Source: a bacterium
Lineage (GTDB): Bacteria > Planctomycetota > Planctomycetia > Kolteriales > Kolteriaceae
Length of the DNA: 64,000 bases
NCBI GenBank assembly: GCA_019753235.1
Contig: JAIELF010000006.1
Coordinates: 27,041 to 91,040, forward strand
Direction of reading: 5' to 3'
The notes beneath the pieces were generated by a model. That model worked only from the letters and a program-made list of their open reading frames with translations. It did no database searches and was not told the origin of the DNA. Shown here piece after piece: positions 48,242 through 57,507 of the stretch (the stretch's first letter is position 1; each line of letters starts with the position of its first letter). The translations under genes and the position numbers were made by a program.

Positions 48242-48331
48242 GAGATGGAAACCATCTCTTCCAGTCCTTGGCGTTTTCCATCATGGGATGATGCCGGAAT
48301 CGGACCAATAGGTCCATGGAATTCATTCCAT
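48242..48331. promoter_or_regulatory. cluster of four short inverted repeats upstream of the RHH-devBCCA operon
   Basis: GAGATGG-AAA-CCATCTC (48242-48258), CATCAT-GGG-ATGATG (48279-48293), GGACC-AATA-GGTCC (48302-48315), ATGGAAT-TC-ATTCCAT (48316-48331). All lie 55-145 nt upstream of the RHH start. Confidence 0.3.
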
Positions 48332-48481
48332 CCTAGGGAGGGAGAATTTCGCCCGGAAGCGGACAGTCCGGCTGAGACGTCGCCATGGCGCGAGAAAAAA
48401 CAAGGAGGAACGATCGAATCGAGTCGGCAACCCACGCCCGTACCGGTCGGCATCGGCGTTGGGAGCCTTTGAAGGGGCGAC

Positions 48482-48934
48482 TTAGAATTCGGGCTCGGGG
48501 GTGATGCCCAGCTCGATGAGAAGTTCATGAAAACGGGGATCCTGGCGAAGTGCTGTCAGGTCATCGTCGTACTGCATGTACTTGAATTCGCAGTAGCCCG
48601 AGTCGATCGATCGGCGGAGATACTCGAGGGAGAGATCAATCATCCCGACCATCGAGAAGCTGCACGCCAAGTTATAGAGAGCGACTTGATCGTGAGGCCG
48701 AAGACGAACAAGCCTTTGATCAATTTCGAGACTCTCTTCGTGCAGGGACTTGGCGGCTAGATTGCTGGCCAGCACCCGCAAAACCTCGGCATAGTTCGGG
48801 TCAGCTTCGAGGATGCTGCGATAAAAGTTGATCTCGAAATCGACCTGGCTTTCTCGCGAGAATTCCCGCACCAGATTGACCGGCCATTCAGGAAGCAGAC
48901 CTTCGGGACCGCTGATTTCCTCGTATTGACTCAT
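48482..48934 (-). CDS. TPR-repeat protein
   Basis: 150 aa with helical hairpin repeats and TPR-like spacing (NYAEVLRVLASNLAAKSLHEESLEIDQRLVRLRPHDQVALYNLACSFSMVGMIDLSLEYLRRSI). Confidence 0.65.
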   Translation of the reverse strand: MSQYEEISGPEGLLPEWPVNLVREFSRESQVDFEINFYRSILEADPNYAEVLRVLASNLAAKSLHEESLEIDQRLVRLRPHDQVALYNLACSFSMVGMIDLSLEYLRRSIDSGYCEFKYMQYDDDLTALRQDPRFHELLIELGITPEPEF

Positions 48935-49075
48935 CGATCAATCCTCCGGGGTCGGGGGTAGAGTGTCCACCCCCTGTCATATGCCATGCGCGAGTATAGG
49001 GCAGGGAGAAGGCAAATTCCAAGGGGGGAAAGCTTCTCTAGGCGAGTCTCACCTTATCGAGAACCGGCAAACAGG

Positions 49076-49921
49076 TCACAAGACCTCTAACTTATCCGAC
49101 TTGTCCCACCGGCTCAGTCGGAAGATCGCGATCTCGGGCCGAACCCGAAACCGAAACCGGAGCGTGTAGCCGATTCCCTTGTGAACATAAAGGTATCCTG
49201 AGTCATGATAAAACAGGCCCGAACCGAGCTGAGGCTTAAATCGGCTCCAGGGACCTTCCCCCAGTTCCACCTGACCACCGTGCGTATGTCCACTCAAGAT
49301 GAGATCGCACCGCTTCCCCGCCGCCTGGTCGACTGTTCGCGGGTGATGGGCCAAAACAATTCGCGGGACATCTGGCGAGATGCCTCGGATGGCCTTGGGT
49401 AAATCCGCTTCGCCGCTCCAGAGATCGCAGACGCCGGCCACCGCGAGCGTCGCCCCTTGATAGGTCCTAAGTCGGTGCTCGTTACGCAACACCTCGATCC
49501 CATGCTGGGTTAAAGCGGATTCGACGGCCTCCTTCAGACGAGGAAACCGAGGCTTGCCCCCATAAACCCGGATCGAGTAGTCGTGATTTCCCAGGACCGC
49601 AAATACCCCCAGCGGGGCGCGGAGCTGCCCCACCAATTGAGCCACCGCATCGACATAATGAAAACCCGCGTGGACGTAATCCCCCGTCAAGGCGATCAGA
49701 TCGGGTTTCAAACGAAGCGTTCGGTCGATGGCTTGGCGAAGGTGAGAAGCGGGGACGGCTCGGCAAAGGTGCAGGTCGCTGAGTTGGCAGACCGTCAGAC
49801 CCTCGAGTCGAGGATCCAGGCCAGGGATTCGAATATCGATGTGATTGGTTTCTAGCCAAAAGGGTTCGACCATCCGAGCATAGCTGAGCCTGGCCCAGTT
49901 GCGACCCAGCCAGCGTGCCAA
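49076..49921 (-). CDS. metallophosphoesterase (calcineurin-like)
   Basis: QLSDLHL, LTGDYVH, VLGNHDY, LSGHTHGGQV. Confidence 0.88.
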   Translation of the reverse strand: MARWLGRNWARLSYARMVEPFWLETNHIDIRIPGLDPRLEGLTVCQLSDLHLCRAVPASHLRQAIDRTLRLKPDLIALTGDYVHAGFHYVDAVAQLVGQLRAPLGVFAVLGNHDYSIRVYGGKPRFPRLKEAVESALTQHGIEVLRNEHRLRTYQGATLAVAGVCDLWSGEADLPKAIRGISPDVPRIVLAHHPRTVDQAAGKRCDLILSGHTHGGQVELGEGPWSRFKPQLGSGLFYHDSGYLYVHKGIGYTLRFRFRVRPEIAIFRLSRWDKSDKLEVL

Positions 49922-50131
49922 CAGCGGTCGGCGTTTCAGCGGAGGATCTCCTCTGGTCCCATTTCCTGCCCCGGGTCCACGATCACCCTCGGAGCTGGAT
50001 ACGGGGCGAAACGAAAGGACCGTTTCGACCCCGTGTAAGTCTCGTAAGGACCTTTAGGCCCGCACATCGGCATGATTTTGTCATGTCGACCGCGAATGCT
50101 CCGACGCAAGCTCGCCGAATCAACGGCCAAG

Positions 50132-50503
50132 CTAGTCGGCTTCGTCTGCTTCTTCATCTTCGTCGAATTCGTCGTCGTCATCGAAAGAGTCGTCGAATTC
50201 GCGATCTAATTCCTCGTCTTCTTCGAAGAGTTCGTCTTCATCTTCGAAGTCATCGACCTCTTCATCGTCGTCGGCATCGTCATCATCGTCGTCTTCTTCA
50301 TCATCGAAGTCGTCGAATTCGTCTTCGTCGGCGTCTCCCTCTAACTCTTCGGGCTCTTCGTCTTCGTCATCGGGATGACGAGCCCAGGGTGAACCGACCG
50401 TTTGGACGGGCACGGTTCTACCAAGACGGGCCCAATGCCCGGCGACGGTGCTTGCCCTAAGACCGTCGGAAGATCGTCGAATCCATTTCATCGCAACCGT
50501 CAT
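50132..50503 (-). CDS. hyper-acidic protein (basic 42-aa N-terminus and an Asp/Glu tail of about 80 aa)
   Basis: ATG ORF. The tail is DDEDEEPEELEGDADEDEFDDFDDEEDDDDDDADDDEEVDDFEDEDELFEEDEELDREFDDSFDDDDEFDEDEEADEAD. The mirror plus-strand ORF (Arg/His-rich) is judged to be an artefact. Confidence 0.45.
   Translation of the reverse strand: MTVAMKWIRRSSDGLRASTVAGHWARLGRTVPVQTVGSPWARHPDDEDEEPEELEGDADEDEFDDFDDEEDDDDDDADDDEEVDDFEDEDELFEEDEELDREFDDSFDDDDEFDEDEEADEAD
50135..50375. repeat. low-complexity GAN/GTC-TTC-rich tract encoding the acidic tail
   Basis: On the plus strand it is a run of TCGTC/TTCGTC/ATCGTC units (gtcgtcgtcatcg, ttcgtcttcatcttcg, gtcatcatcgtcgtcttcttc). Confidence 0.6.
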
Positions 50504-50784
50504 TGGCGACCCTCATCCCATCGACAACGCGTGGATCCACACGAATCCCGTCGTTGACTAACCCGTGACGCACCGATTTCCTATTCGCACCATGGACTGT
50601 TTGCCAGTCACGAAAAAATGACAAAAGCCCATTTTTTGTTGCCCGATAGATCAGTTGACTACGCAATTGGCCGAAGGGGGTCAAGAGATCCCCGCGACCA
50701 CGTGAAGGTTCGGCCGGGCGACCGGCTCACTTGTCCCGGCTGCGTCGTGGCGATCCGGTCCAAACGGACCCGTGACAATTCCGT

Positions 50785-52302
50785 TTATGGACTCAGCACG
50801 ACAGGGAGAAGAGGTTCGACCCAACCTAAAAGAACGAGTGTGCCGACCATCGCGAACAAGATCAACACCACCCTCATGGCGAGAGCGCCTGCCGAGCCCG
50901 ATTGCCCCCCCCAGCACGCACTGGCGACCGGGACCACAGGGGTGAGGAACAGCCATAATCGGGCTGCTTCGCTGCGGTTGCGGCCACTGAGATCCAGTGC
51001 GATTAAAACCACCAGCCAGATCGTCACCAACCGATCTGGACTGGTCGGCCCGAAGTGCCACCCGCTTCGAAAACCCCATGCCAGCGCCACGACGAACAGG
51101 CTCGGGCCGGTCATCATCGCCAATTCCACGAGGTTGATCCCCAGCCAGGGGAAGTACGACCTCGGCATGGCCGTGTAGAAGCCGGCATGTTTGGCCAGGT
51201 TGATCTGCCAGACCTCGATCATCGAGATTTTGTAGTTCTCGAAAAGAGCTTCCATGGGAAGCGCAAGCCCAGCAAGCAGGCAGGCGATCGTGATGATGCC
51301 TCGGCGATACTCTTTTTTGGCGACCGCTTCGCTCAACACGATGGCGCCGGCGATGGCGCCGACCACCACAAAGGCGAGGCTCAGAAAAAGACCGACACTT
51401 CCGATCGCCCCCGCAAGGATTGCGAGCAATCCGATCCGGGCGCGAAACGAGAGGATCACCAAAAGCCAAGTCAGCATCGCTAAGAAAGGAAAAAGCACAT
51501 CCGCCAAGGGAAGGAAGAATAGGCCAGCAGGCAAGACCGACCAAAGGGCCGCCCCCCACCAGCCGGCTCGCGGAGAATATCCCTGTCGAATCGTCGCATA
51601 AATCAACGGCCCGGTTGCCAGCGAAAGGGCCCAAGTGAGAAGGCTGGCGAAAAGAAGTGTCGCGCGATCGGCCGGAGCGAGTGGTTGGCCGATCGCTTCG
51701 AGTCCATCGCGAAGTCTGGCGGGCGACCATTGTTCGATCGTGTCGGCCAGCGCGGGTTCGCGCTGAAACCAAGTCAGCAGCCCGCGAAAGAAAAGGATCA
51801 ATCCTGGGGGATGGGTTCCTTGATGAAAGGAATCAGCCTTCGAAACCCATTCTTTGTAGCCACGAAGAAACTCGTCGGGTCGATCGATCTGTCGGGCCCG
51901 CGCGAAGTATCCCGATGTTGATTCAAAAAAAAGCGCAGGGGCGAATCGCTCCATGCCCAGTGGAGGTGAAGGAAGATCCATCGCGGCTCGCTGCCAACAA
52001 GCCGCGACTCCCAACAACATCAACAGAAGAGCCGCCCGCCCGATCCACCATGCGCGATCGATCAGACGGTCACCCGCGACAAAAACGACCAAATAGAGTC
52101 CTGACGCGATTGCCGGTATCAACCAGGAAGTAAGGCTTGTCGGAGGGACGGGGGAGCGGTTCCAAACCCATTCCCCGACGATCCCAAGCGGGATCGCGGT
52201 CGCCGTCAGAAAGAGGATCGAGCCCGCCGCGAGAACCAAACCGATCCCGGCCAGGACGAATGGCCAACGAACAACAGGGGGTGACGCGAGGGCTCGATTC
52301 AT
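50785..52302 (-). CDS. large polytopic membrane protein (GT-C-like?), function unknown
   Basis: 505 aa with at least 10 hydrophobic helices. The loop with HQGTHPPGLILF is reminiscent of ArnT/PMT-like lipid-carrier glycosyltransferases (tentative). It begins 15 nt after the glgC stop. Confidence 0.7.
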   Translation of the reverse strand: MNRALASPPVVRWPFVLAGIGLVLAAGSILFLTATAIPLGIVGEWVWNRSPVPPTSLTSWLIPAIASGLYLVVFVAGDRLIDRAWWIGRAALLLMLLGVAACWQRAAMDLPSPPLGMERFAPALFFESTSGYFARARQIDRPDEFLRGYKEWVSKADSFHQGTHPPGLILFFRGLLTWFQREPALADTIEQWSPARLRDGLEAIGQPLAPADRATLLFASLLTWALSLATGPLIYATIRQGYSPRAGWWGAALWSVLPAGLFFLPLADVLFPFLAMLTWLLVILSFRARIGLLAILAGAIGSVGLFLSLAFVVVGAIAGAIVLSEAVAKKEYRRGIITIACLLAGLALPMEALFENYKISMIEVWQINLAKHAGFYTAMPRSYFPWLGINLVELAMMTGPSLFVVALAWGFRSGWHFGPTSPDRLVTIWLVVLIALDLSGRNRSEAARLWLFLTPVVPVASACWGGQSGSAGALAMRVVLILFAMVGTLVLLGWVEPLLPVVLSP

Positions 52303-52317
52303 CGTGACCCTGTCCCG

Positions 52318-53700
52318 TTAGGAAACACGCCGGCGACTGACATCTCCCAGAAACGCCTCGATTGCTTCTCCCTTTGGAACCACCACCAAACCATTATCAG
52401 AGAGGGTGAAGCCTCGTTGGCGATCGAACACCGGATCGTAGCCGATCTGCGTTCCAGGAGGGATGACGTTGTCTTTATCGATGATGGCCCGACGGATTCG
52501 GCAATGTTCGCCGATCTCGACATTCTCGAAGATGATCGAGTCTTCAATGATCGAGCCGCGTCCGACACGAACATGTCGTGAGAGGATGCTTCGCTCGATT
52601 TGTCCACCATCCACGACGCTACCCGGACAAACCATGCTGTCGATCGCCTGCCCGCGAGAGATTCGTTGGCCATCCTCGGCCGGCGAAGAGATGAATTTGG
52701 GTGGGGCGGCGTGCGTGGGCGAAGTCCGGAAAGGCCAAGCCGGATCGTATAGGTCAAGTCGAGGGCTTGATTGCAATAGATCCATGCTTGTTTGGTAATA
52801 GCTGTCGATGGTGCCGACATCTTTCCAGTAGCCTCCCTGACCACCCTCCTCGGTGAAGGGGTAAGAAAAGACCCGCGACTCGCGAATCATGTTGGGGATG
52901 ATGTCTTTGCCGAAATCATGCGAGCTCGTCTGTTTGATGGCATCCTGGCAAAGGCGTTCGAACATCACCGAAGTCGTGAAGATGTAGATTCCCATTGATG
53001 CCAACGCCATGTCGTGCTGGCCCGGGATGGTCTTCGGGCGGACGGGCTTCTCTTCGAAGCCGACGACGCGCGACTGGTTGTCGCATTCCAGAACGCCGAA
53101 CCCGCGGGCCTCCGCGATCTGTACCGGCAGCGTCGCGATGGTCAGGTCGGCTTTGTTCTCTAGGTGCTGTTCAATCATCGGGCGGTAATCCATCCGATAG
53201 ATGTGATCACCACTTAGAATCAAGGTGTAATCGCTGCACTCTTGCTCGATCGAATAAATGTTCTGGTAGATGGCGTCGGCGGTGCCGAGATACCACTGTT
53301 CGCCAACTCGTTGTTGAGGGGGAATGACGTCGACGTACTCTCCCAGTTCTCGGCAAAGAAACCGCCAGCCAAGATTCACATGCCGATCGAGGCTGGCTCC
53401 CTTGTATTGCGTGAGGAGCAAAATCCTTCGCAGGCCGCTGTTGATGCAGTTCGAAAGGACAAAATCGATGATGCGGTATTGGCCGCCGAACGGGACGCCC
53501 GGTTTCGCGCGGTCGCGCGTCAACGGCTCGAGCCGAGTTCCTTTTCCACCAGCGAGCACCATCGCCAAGACACTCGGCATCGGGCGGTTCCCCCTGGCCG
53601 AACCGACCGGTTCCGGAAGATTGTTTCTTCCCACCCCGTTGATTTCTTCCGCCGCATGAAGACGAATCGTGGAATCGCCTGGCAAGCCGTTCGGTTTCAT
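52318..53700 (-). CDS. glgC: glucose-1-phosphate adenylyltransferase
   Basis: LAGGKGTRLEPLTRDRAKPGVPFGG, YRIIDFVLSNC, a left-handed beta-helix C-terminus. Candidate starts are ATG 53700 (GAGGTGGG upstream) or ATG 53580 (MPSVLAMVLAGG). The track ORF opens at 53838. Confidence 0.92.
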   Translation of the reverse strand: MKPNGLPGDSTIRLHAAEEINGVGRNNLPEPVGSARGNRPMPSVLAMVLAGGKGTRLEPLTRDRAKPGVPFGGQYRIIDFVLSNCINSGLRRILLLTQYKGASLDRHVNLGWRFLCRELGEYVDVIPPQQRVGEQWYLGTADAIYQNIYSIEQECSDYTLILSGDHIYRMDYRPMIEQHLENKADLTIATLPVQIAEARGFGVLECDNQSRVVGFEEKPVRPKTIPGQHDMALASMGIYIFTTSVMFERLCQDAIKQTSSHDFGKDIIPNMIRESRVFSYPFTEEGGQGGYWKDVGTIDSYYQTSMDLLQSSPRLDLYDPAWPFRTSPTHAAPPKFISSPAEDGQRISRGQAIDSMVCPGSVVDGGQIERSILSRHVRVGRGSIIEDSIIFENVEIGEHCRIRRAIIDKDNVIPPGTQIGYDPVFDRQRGFTLSDNGLVVVPKGEAIEAFLGDVSRRRVS

Positions 53701-53933
53701 CAGCCCAACCCACCTCTGCGAGTATAGACAACTTCGTGAGTTTCCTTCAGCCCCTGTTTCAACAAAAGTCTGAAAGGGAACTCGGCCCGGTAAACTCGAA
53801 GCCTTCTTCTGGAGAAAACCCCGCGCTGGCGTCTCCATTGAATGAGACTGTCAACCCGCCCACCAAGATGCTACTCTCATCGGCAACTGACGCTTCCACC
53901 GTGCGTCAACGCTCGATGAAAGGAGAGCTGGAC

Positions 53934-55172
53934 ATGGGCCGATTCCCATCAGTGCTAGCGACTATGACGGTCCTGATCTTCTGTGCCAGCTTTTCCAGTT
54001 GGGCAAGCGCGGAAGATTGGCCCGGCTGGCGAGGCCCACGGGCCGACGGCGTTAGTGCAGAGAGTAAACTTCCTACCCATTGGTCACCCACCGACGGAAT
54101 TCGCTGGAAGTCGGCGATTCCCGGCCGCGGGCATTCCTCTCCCATCGTCGTCGGCGACGCGATCTTTCTCCTCTCGGCCGACGAGACTGCCCAAGATCGA
54201 CTGCTGCTCCGGATCGATCGGAAGACCGGCCAAATCGTTTGGACCCAAATAGTGATTCATGCACCGCTGGAACCGATTCATCATCTCAACACATTTGCCT
54301 CCTCGACCCCGCTCTGCGACGGGACCAGAGTATTTGTGACGTTTCTCGATCAGGACGAAACGTACGTGGCGGCTTACGACTTTAACGGTCAGCAAATCTG
54401 GGAGAGCCGGCCGGGTCCGTTCTCCTCGAAACATGGATTCTGCTTGAGCCCGGTCCTCTACAAAGACTGGATCATCATTAACGGCGACCACGACGGCGAA
54501 TCGTTCCTGGCGGCGCTCGATCGTGCCACCGGAAAAGTCGTCTGGCGAGTTCCCCGTGTCAACAAGACCCGTTCCTACTCGGTGCCTAGAATCCTTTCGA
54601 TTCAGGGACGCGACCAGATCATCCTGACGGGCAGCTTGCTGACCAGCGGCTTCGACGCTCAGACCGGCGAAAGAATTTGGTGGGCCGACGGGCCGAGCGA
54701 ACAGATGGTCGCCAGCATCGTTGAAAAAGGAGATCTTCTTTTCGCGCTGGGGGGATACCCCGAAAGGCATCTTCTCGCCATTCGGAAGGGGGGTTCGGGC
54801 AATATCACCGATTCGCACATCGTCTGGCGGACGCACCGCGGCATTCCCTACGTTCCCTCGCCCCTGATGTACGGCGATTGGCTTCACATCGTGTCCGATG
54901 ACGGAATGTATTCCTGCTACGAGCCGATCACCGGAAAGCTTCTCTCGCAAAAGAGGGTTTCAAGCCATGTGTCCGGATCGATCGTCGGTGGGGATGGACA
55001 TGTCTACATATCCGACGATGAAGGAAAGACCATCGTCCTTCAGAACGCCGGCGAATTTCAAATCACCGCGAACAACGAACTCGGCGAGGGGGTTTTCTCG
55101 AGCATGGCAATCTCGCAGGGGAATCTCTTCCTGCGAGGGGAGAAACATCTTTTCTCGATTGGCCAGCCGTGA
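53934..55172 (+). CDS. PQQ-like beta-propeller repeat protein, secreted
   Basis: ATG 53934 lies 9 nt after AAGGAG. Signal MGRFPSVLATMTVLIFCASFSSWASA. EDWPGWRGP and repeated W..........G.SSP.V motifs. Confidence 0.85.
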   Translation: MGRFPSVLATMTVLIFCASFSSWASAEDWPGWRGPRADGVSAESKLPTHWSPTDGIRWKSAIPGRGHSSPIVVGDAIFLLSADETAQDRLLLRIDRKTGQIVWTQIVIHAPLEPIHHLNTFASSTPLCDGTRVFVTFLDQDETYVAAYDFNGQQIWESRPGPFSSKHGFCLSPVLYKDWIIINGDHDGESFLAALDRATGKVVWRVPRVNKTRSYSVPRILSIQGRDQIILTGSLLTSGFDAQTGERIWWADGPSEQMVASIVEKGDLLFALGGYPERHLLAIRKGGSGNITDSHIVWRTHRGIPYVPSPLMYGDWLHIVSDDGMYSCYEPITGKLLSQKRVSSHVSGSIVGGDGHVYISDDEGKTIVLQNAGEFQITANNELGEGVFSSMAISQGNLFLRGEKHLFSIGQP

Positions 55173-55209
55173 TGCCGTGAGCCGAGAAGGCCCCGGCCGG
55201 CGCGAGACA

Positions 55210-55632
55210 TTATTGGAACTCTTTGAGGCCCGGACCTTTTCCTTCGGAAGGAACGCTGAGATCTTCATCGGCGAACGGTACGATCGCGTACGTGAAGATG
55301 ACGTAAACGCCGAGACCCACGAGGACCATTAAGAAGATCACGGTCAACCAAAACCAAACTTGCCTCATGGCGTCGACCAGTTTCTTTTTCTTCTTTTCTT
55401 TGATGCGGGCTTCGATTTCCTCTTCGGTCGGTTCGGGTTCCACCTCGGGTTCGGGCGCCGCTTCGACGCCGTAAGAGATGTGAGCATCTTCGTCGGGCGT
55501 CACAACATCAATTTTCTTTTTGCACTTAGGGCAGTTGATTCGCGTCCCCACGAGATTCGGCGCCTTGATCTTCAGCGGAGCCTTGCATTTGGGGCAGTGC
55601 ATCGTGTAGGGAAACTTGATCTTGGTCGCCAT
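55210..55632 (-). CDS. zinc-ribbon (MJ0042-type) protein with a C-terminal TM anchor
   Basis: MATKIKFPYTMHCPKCKAPLKI ... INCPKCKKKIDV (two CxxC pairs), an acidic/Pro linker, a KKKKK stretch and TM WFWLTVIFLMVLVGLGVYVIF. Confidence 0.7.
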   Translation of the reverse strand: MATKIKFPYTMHCPKCKAPLKIKAPNLVGTRINCPKCKKKIDVVTPDEDAHISYGVEAAPEPEVEPEPTEEEIEARIKEKKKKKLVDAMRQVWFWLTVIFLMVLVGLGVYVIFTYAIVPFADEDLSVPSEGKGPGLKEFQ

Positions 55633-55840
55633 GGCGGCCTCTTTACCAGGGGGTGATCTTTTCAAAGGTACACGGTTCGGCAGGAGCGAACTCTCGATTT
55701 TCAGAGTACGAAAGCCGCTCACCGCGGAGGCAAGGGGTCGAGTTCAACTCGCGAATCGGCCCCGCTGGTCGAATCGCCCGCAGCTTTCCCCGCGGGAACA
55801 TCAGCATCTCTGTCTATTGGTAGTGCAGCCGGTCGTTGCT

Positions 55841-56431
55841 TCAACTCCGACCGACCGCTTGGCGAGCAGTCGAAAGCAGCTCGGCCAGCCGCTCCATGGG
55901 CAAACCGACCACGTTGCTTCCGCTTCCTGAAGAAAGGGTGACGAAGGGATCATTTCGATCCTGGATTCCGTAGGCACCTGCCTTCCCTTCCCATCGCCCG
56001 GAGTCTAGATGCTCGCGAAGTTGTTCAGGCGTCAGCATCTTCATGTGGACCCAACTGGTGACCGCGTCGACAAGCGAACCCTTACTCTGAGGGAGCACGA
56101 TGCACAGACCCGTGATGACACGGTGATCGGTCCCCATGAGCGACCGCAGAATGTTCTCCGCATCGTCGCGGTCGAAGGGCTTCCCTACAATTCGTTGTTC
56201 GCCGACCACGATGGTGTCGGCCCCGACGACCCATTCGTCGGGATGGCGCTCCGCGACATCGCGAGCTTTCACCCACGCGGTCAGCATGGCGTACCCCTCG
56301 GGGTCATCATGGGCGTTGGGCCTCGGCTCATCAACTTGGCTAGCATCGACGAGAAACTGATAGCCCGCCTCTTCGCAGAGGGCTCGTCGCCGAGGGGAAG
56401 AACTGGCAAGGACGAAATCGAACGAAGGCAT
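55841..56431 (-). CDS. maf: Maf-like nucleoside triphosphate pyrophosphatase
   Basis: FVLASSSPRR, GADTIVV, GKAGAYGIQ. ATG 56431 (AAGGA upstream) is preferred. The track start GTG 56452 would overlap the upstream stop. Confidence 0.9.
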   Translation of the reverse strand: MPSFDFVLASSSPRRRALCEEAGYQFLVDASQVDEPRPNAHDDPEGYAMLTAWVKARDVAERHPDEWVVGADTIVVGEQRIVGKPFDRDDAENILRSLMGTDHRVITGLCIVLPQSKGSLVDAVTSWVHMKMLTPEQLREHLDSGRWEGKAGAYGIQDRNDPFVTLSSGSGSNVVGLPMERLAELLSTARQAVGRS

Positions 56432-56448
56432 CACGCCGATCCTTTGCT

Positions 56449-57507
56449 TCACGAGGGGAGGGCTATGAGTTGCCGAAGCTCTTGGCGCTGCCGATCCGTG
56501 AAGGGGATGGCTTGCCCCGGGCTTGGTTCTACCGGAATGAGCCGCTTGACGATCATCCGAATCAACTCGTCGAGACTTTCACCTGTTCGAGCGGAGACAA
56601 TCCCGTCGAGCGAATCCCGCTGCTTGGCATTCCAATGAGAGGGGGCATCCCCTTTACCCCCAATGACGAGGTCCGCCTGGGTCGATTTGAACCGATCGGG
56701 GTCCTCCGTGAGATCAACGACTTCGATTCGCAGGTCCGCCAGTTCTATTTCCGCAAGGATTCGCTGGACCCCTTCTTTCTCGATGGGGTCATCCGTGTCG
56801 CGAAGCCCCGCGCCATCGAGAAGCCGAAACGGCCAGCCCTCGAAAGTCACGTCGACCGAAAGGAGATCGCGGGTCGTGCCCGCCGTCGCGCTGACGATGG
56901 CGCGCTCGAAGCCCGCGAGTGCATTGACGAGCGAACTCTTACCGACGTTCGGTTTCCCAAAGAAGACGACTCGCCAGGGTTCCGCGAGATGCGCCCCGAG
57001 CTTTTCCCACGCGAAGAGTTCATGGAGAAGTTTCTGATCGCGCGTTTGGCGAAGGAAGGTGAAGGCTCTATCGAGAGATCCTTGCCATTGATCGACGAGG
57101 AGATCCGCCCCCTTGGGCGCTGTCACCTGGCCAAGAGCTTCCATGGCTTCCACTTGGATCATCGAATAGCCGGCGGCTCTTTCGAATTCCTGCCAAGGGA
57201 CTCGGACGGCGCCGCGGGCGATGAGCTGTTCGATCAGTGCCGATACCATCGCGGTTCCGCCATGACAGTGGATCTCGACGATCAGCTCGGCCGACCCGGG
57301 TCGCTGCGTGACAACGACATCGTCAGACAGTCCGATGCCGAAGTGGCCGTAACGGGGTCGGAAATCTCGTTCATCGATCGGCGGACCTTTGGCCGATCGA
57401 AAGAGTTGATTCGCCAGCGAGACAGAGCCCGGTCCGATCAATGCGAAGGTCGCCAATGCCGACTTACCCATGGGGGTCAAGAGAGCGACACGCGTCGCGG
57501 GCGTCAT
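56449..57507 (-). CDS. MnmE (TrmE)-like GTPase, short form lacking the C-terminal CIGK segment
   Basis: 352 aa with an MnmE-like N-terminal domain (EIHCHGG). The G domain has GKPNVGKSSLVNAL, ATAGTTRD and DGAG, but no clear NKxD. The protein ends ...RQELRQLIALPS without the FCIGK motif. Confidence 0.75.
   Translation of the reverse strand: MTPATRVALLTPMGKSALATFALIGPGSVSLANQLFRSAKGPPIDERDFRPRYGHFGIGLSDDVVVTQRPGSAELIVEIHCHGGTAMVSALIEQLIARGAVRVPWQEFERAAGYSMIQVEAMEALGQVTAPKGADLLVDQWQGSLDRAFTFLRQTRDQKLLHELFAWEKLGAHLAEPWRVVFFGKPNVGKSSLVNALAGFERAIVSATAGTTRDLLSVDVTFEGWPFRLLDGAGLRDTDDPIEKEGVQRILAEIELADLRIEVVDLTEDPDRFKSTQADLVIGGKGDAPSHWNAKQRDSLDGIVSARTGESLDELIRMIVKRLIPVEPSPGQAIPFTDRQRQELRQLIALPS

Noticed and set aside
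49915-50460. Plus-strand 181-aa ORF rich in Arg/His (…RRIRRRHRKSRRIRDL…HRRRHRHHRR…)
   Set aside because: It is the reverse-complement reading of the GAN-rich acidic-tail tract. Its low complexity mirrors the minus-strand ORF, which has an ATG start and a more protein-like N-terminus. The strand choice is still uncertain and is flagged in the findings.
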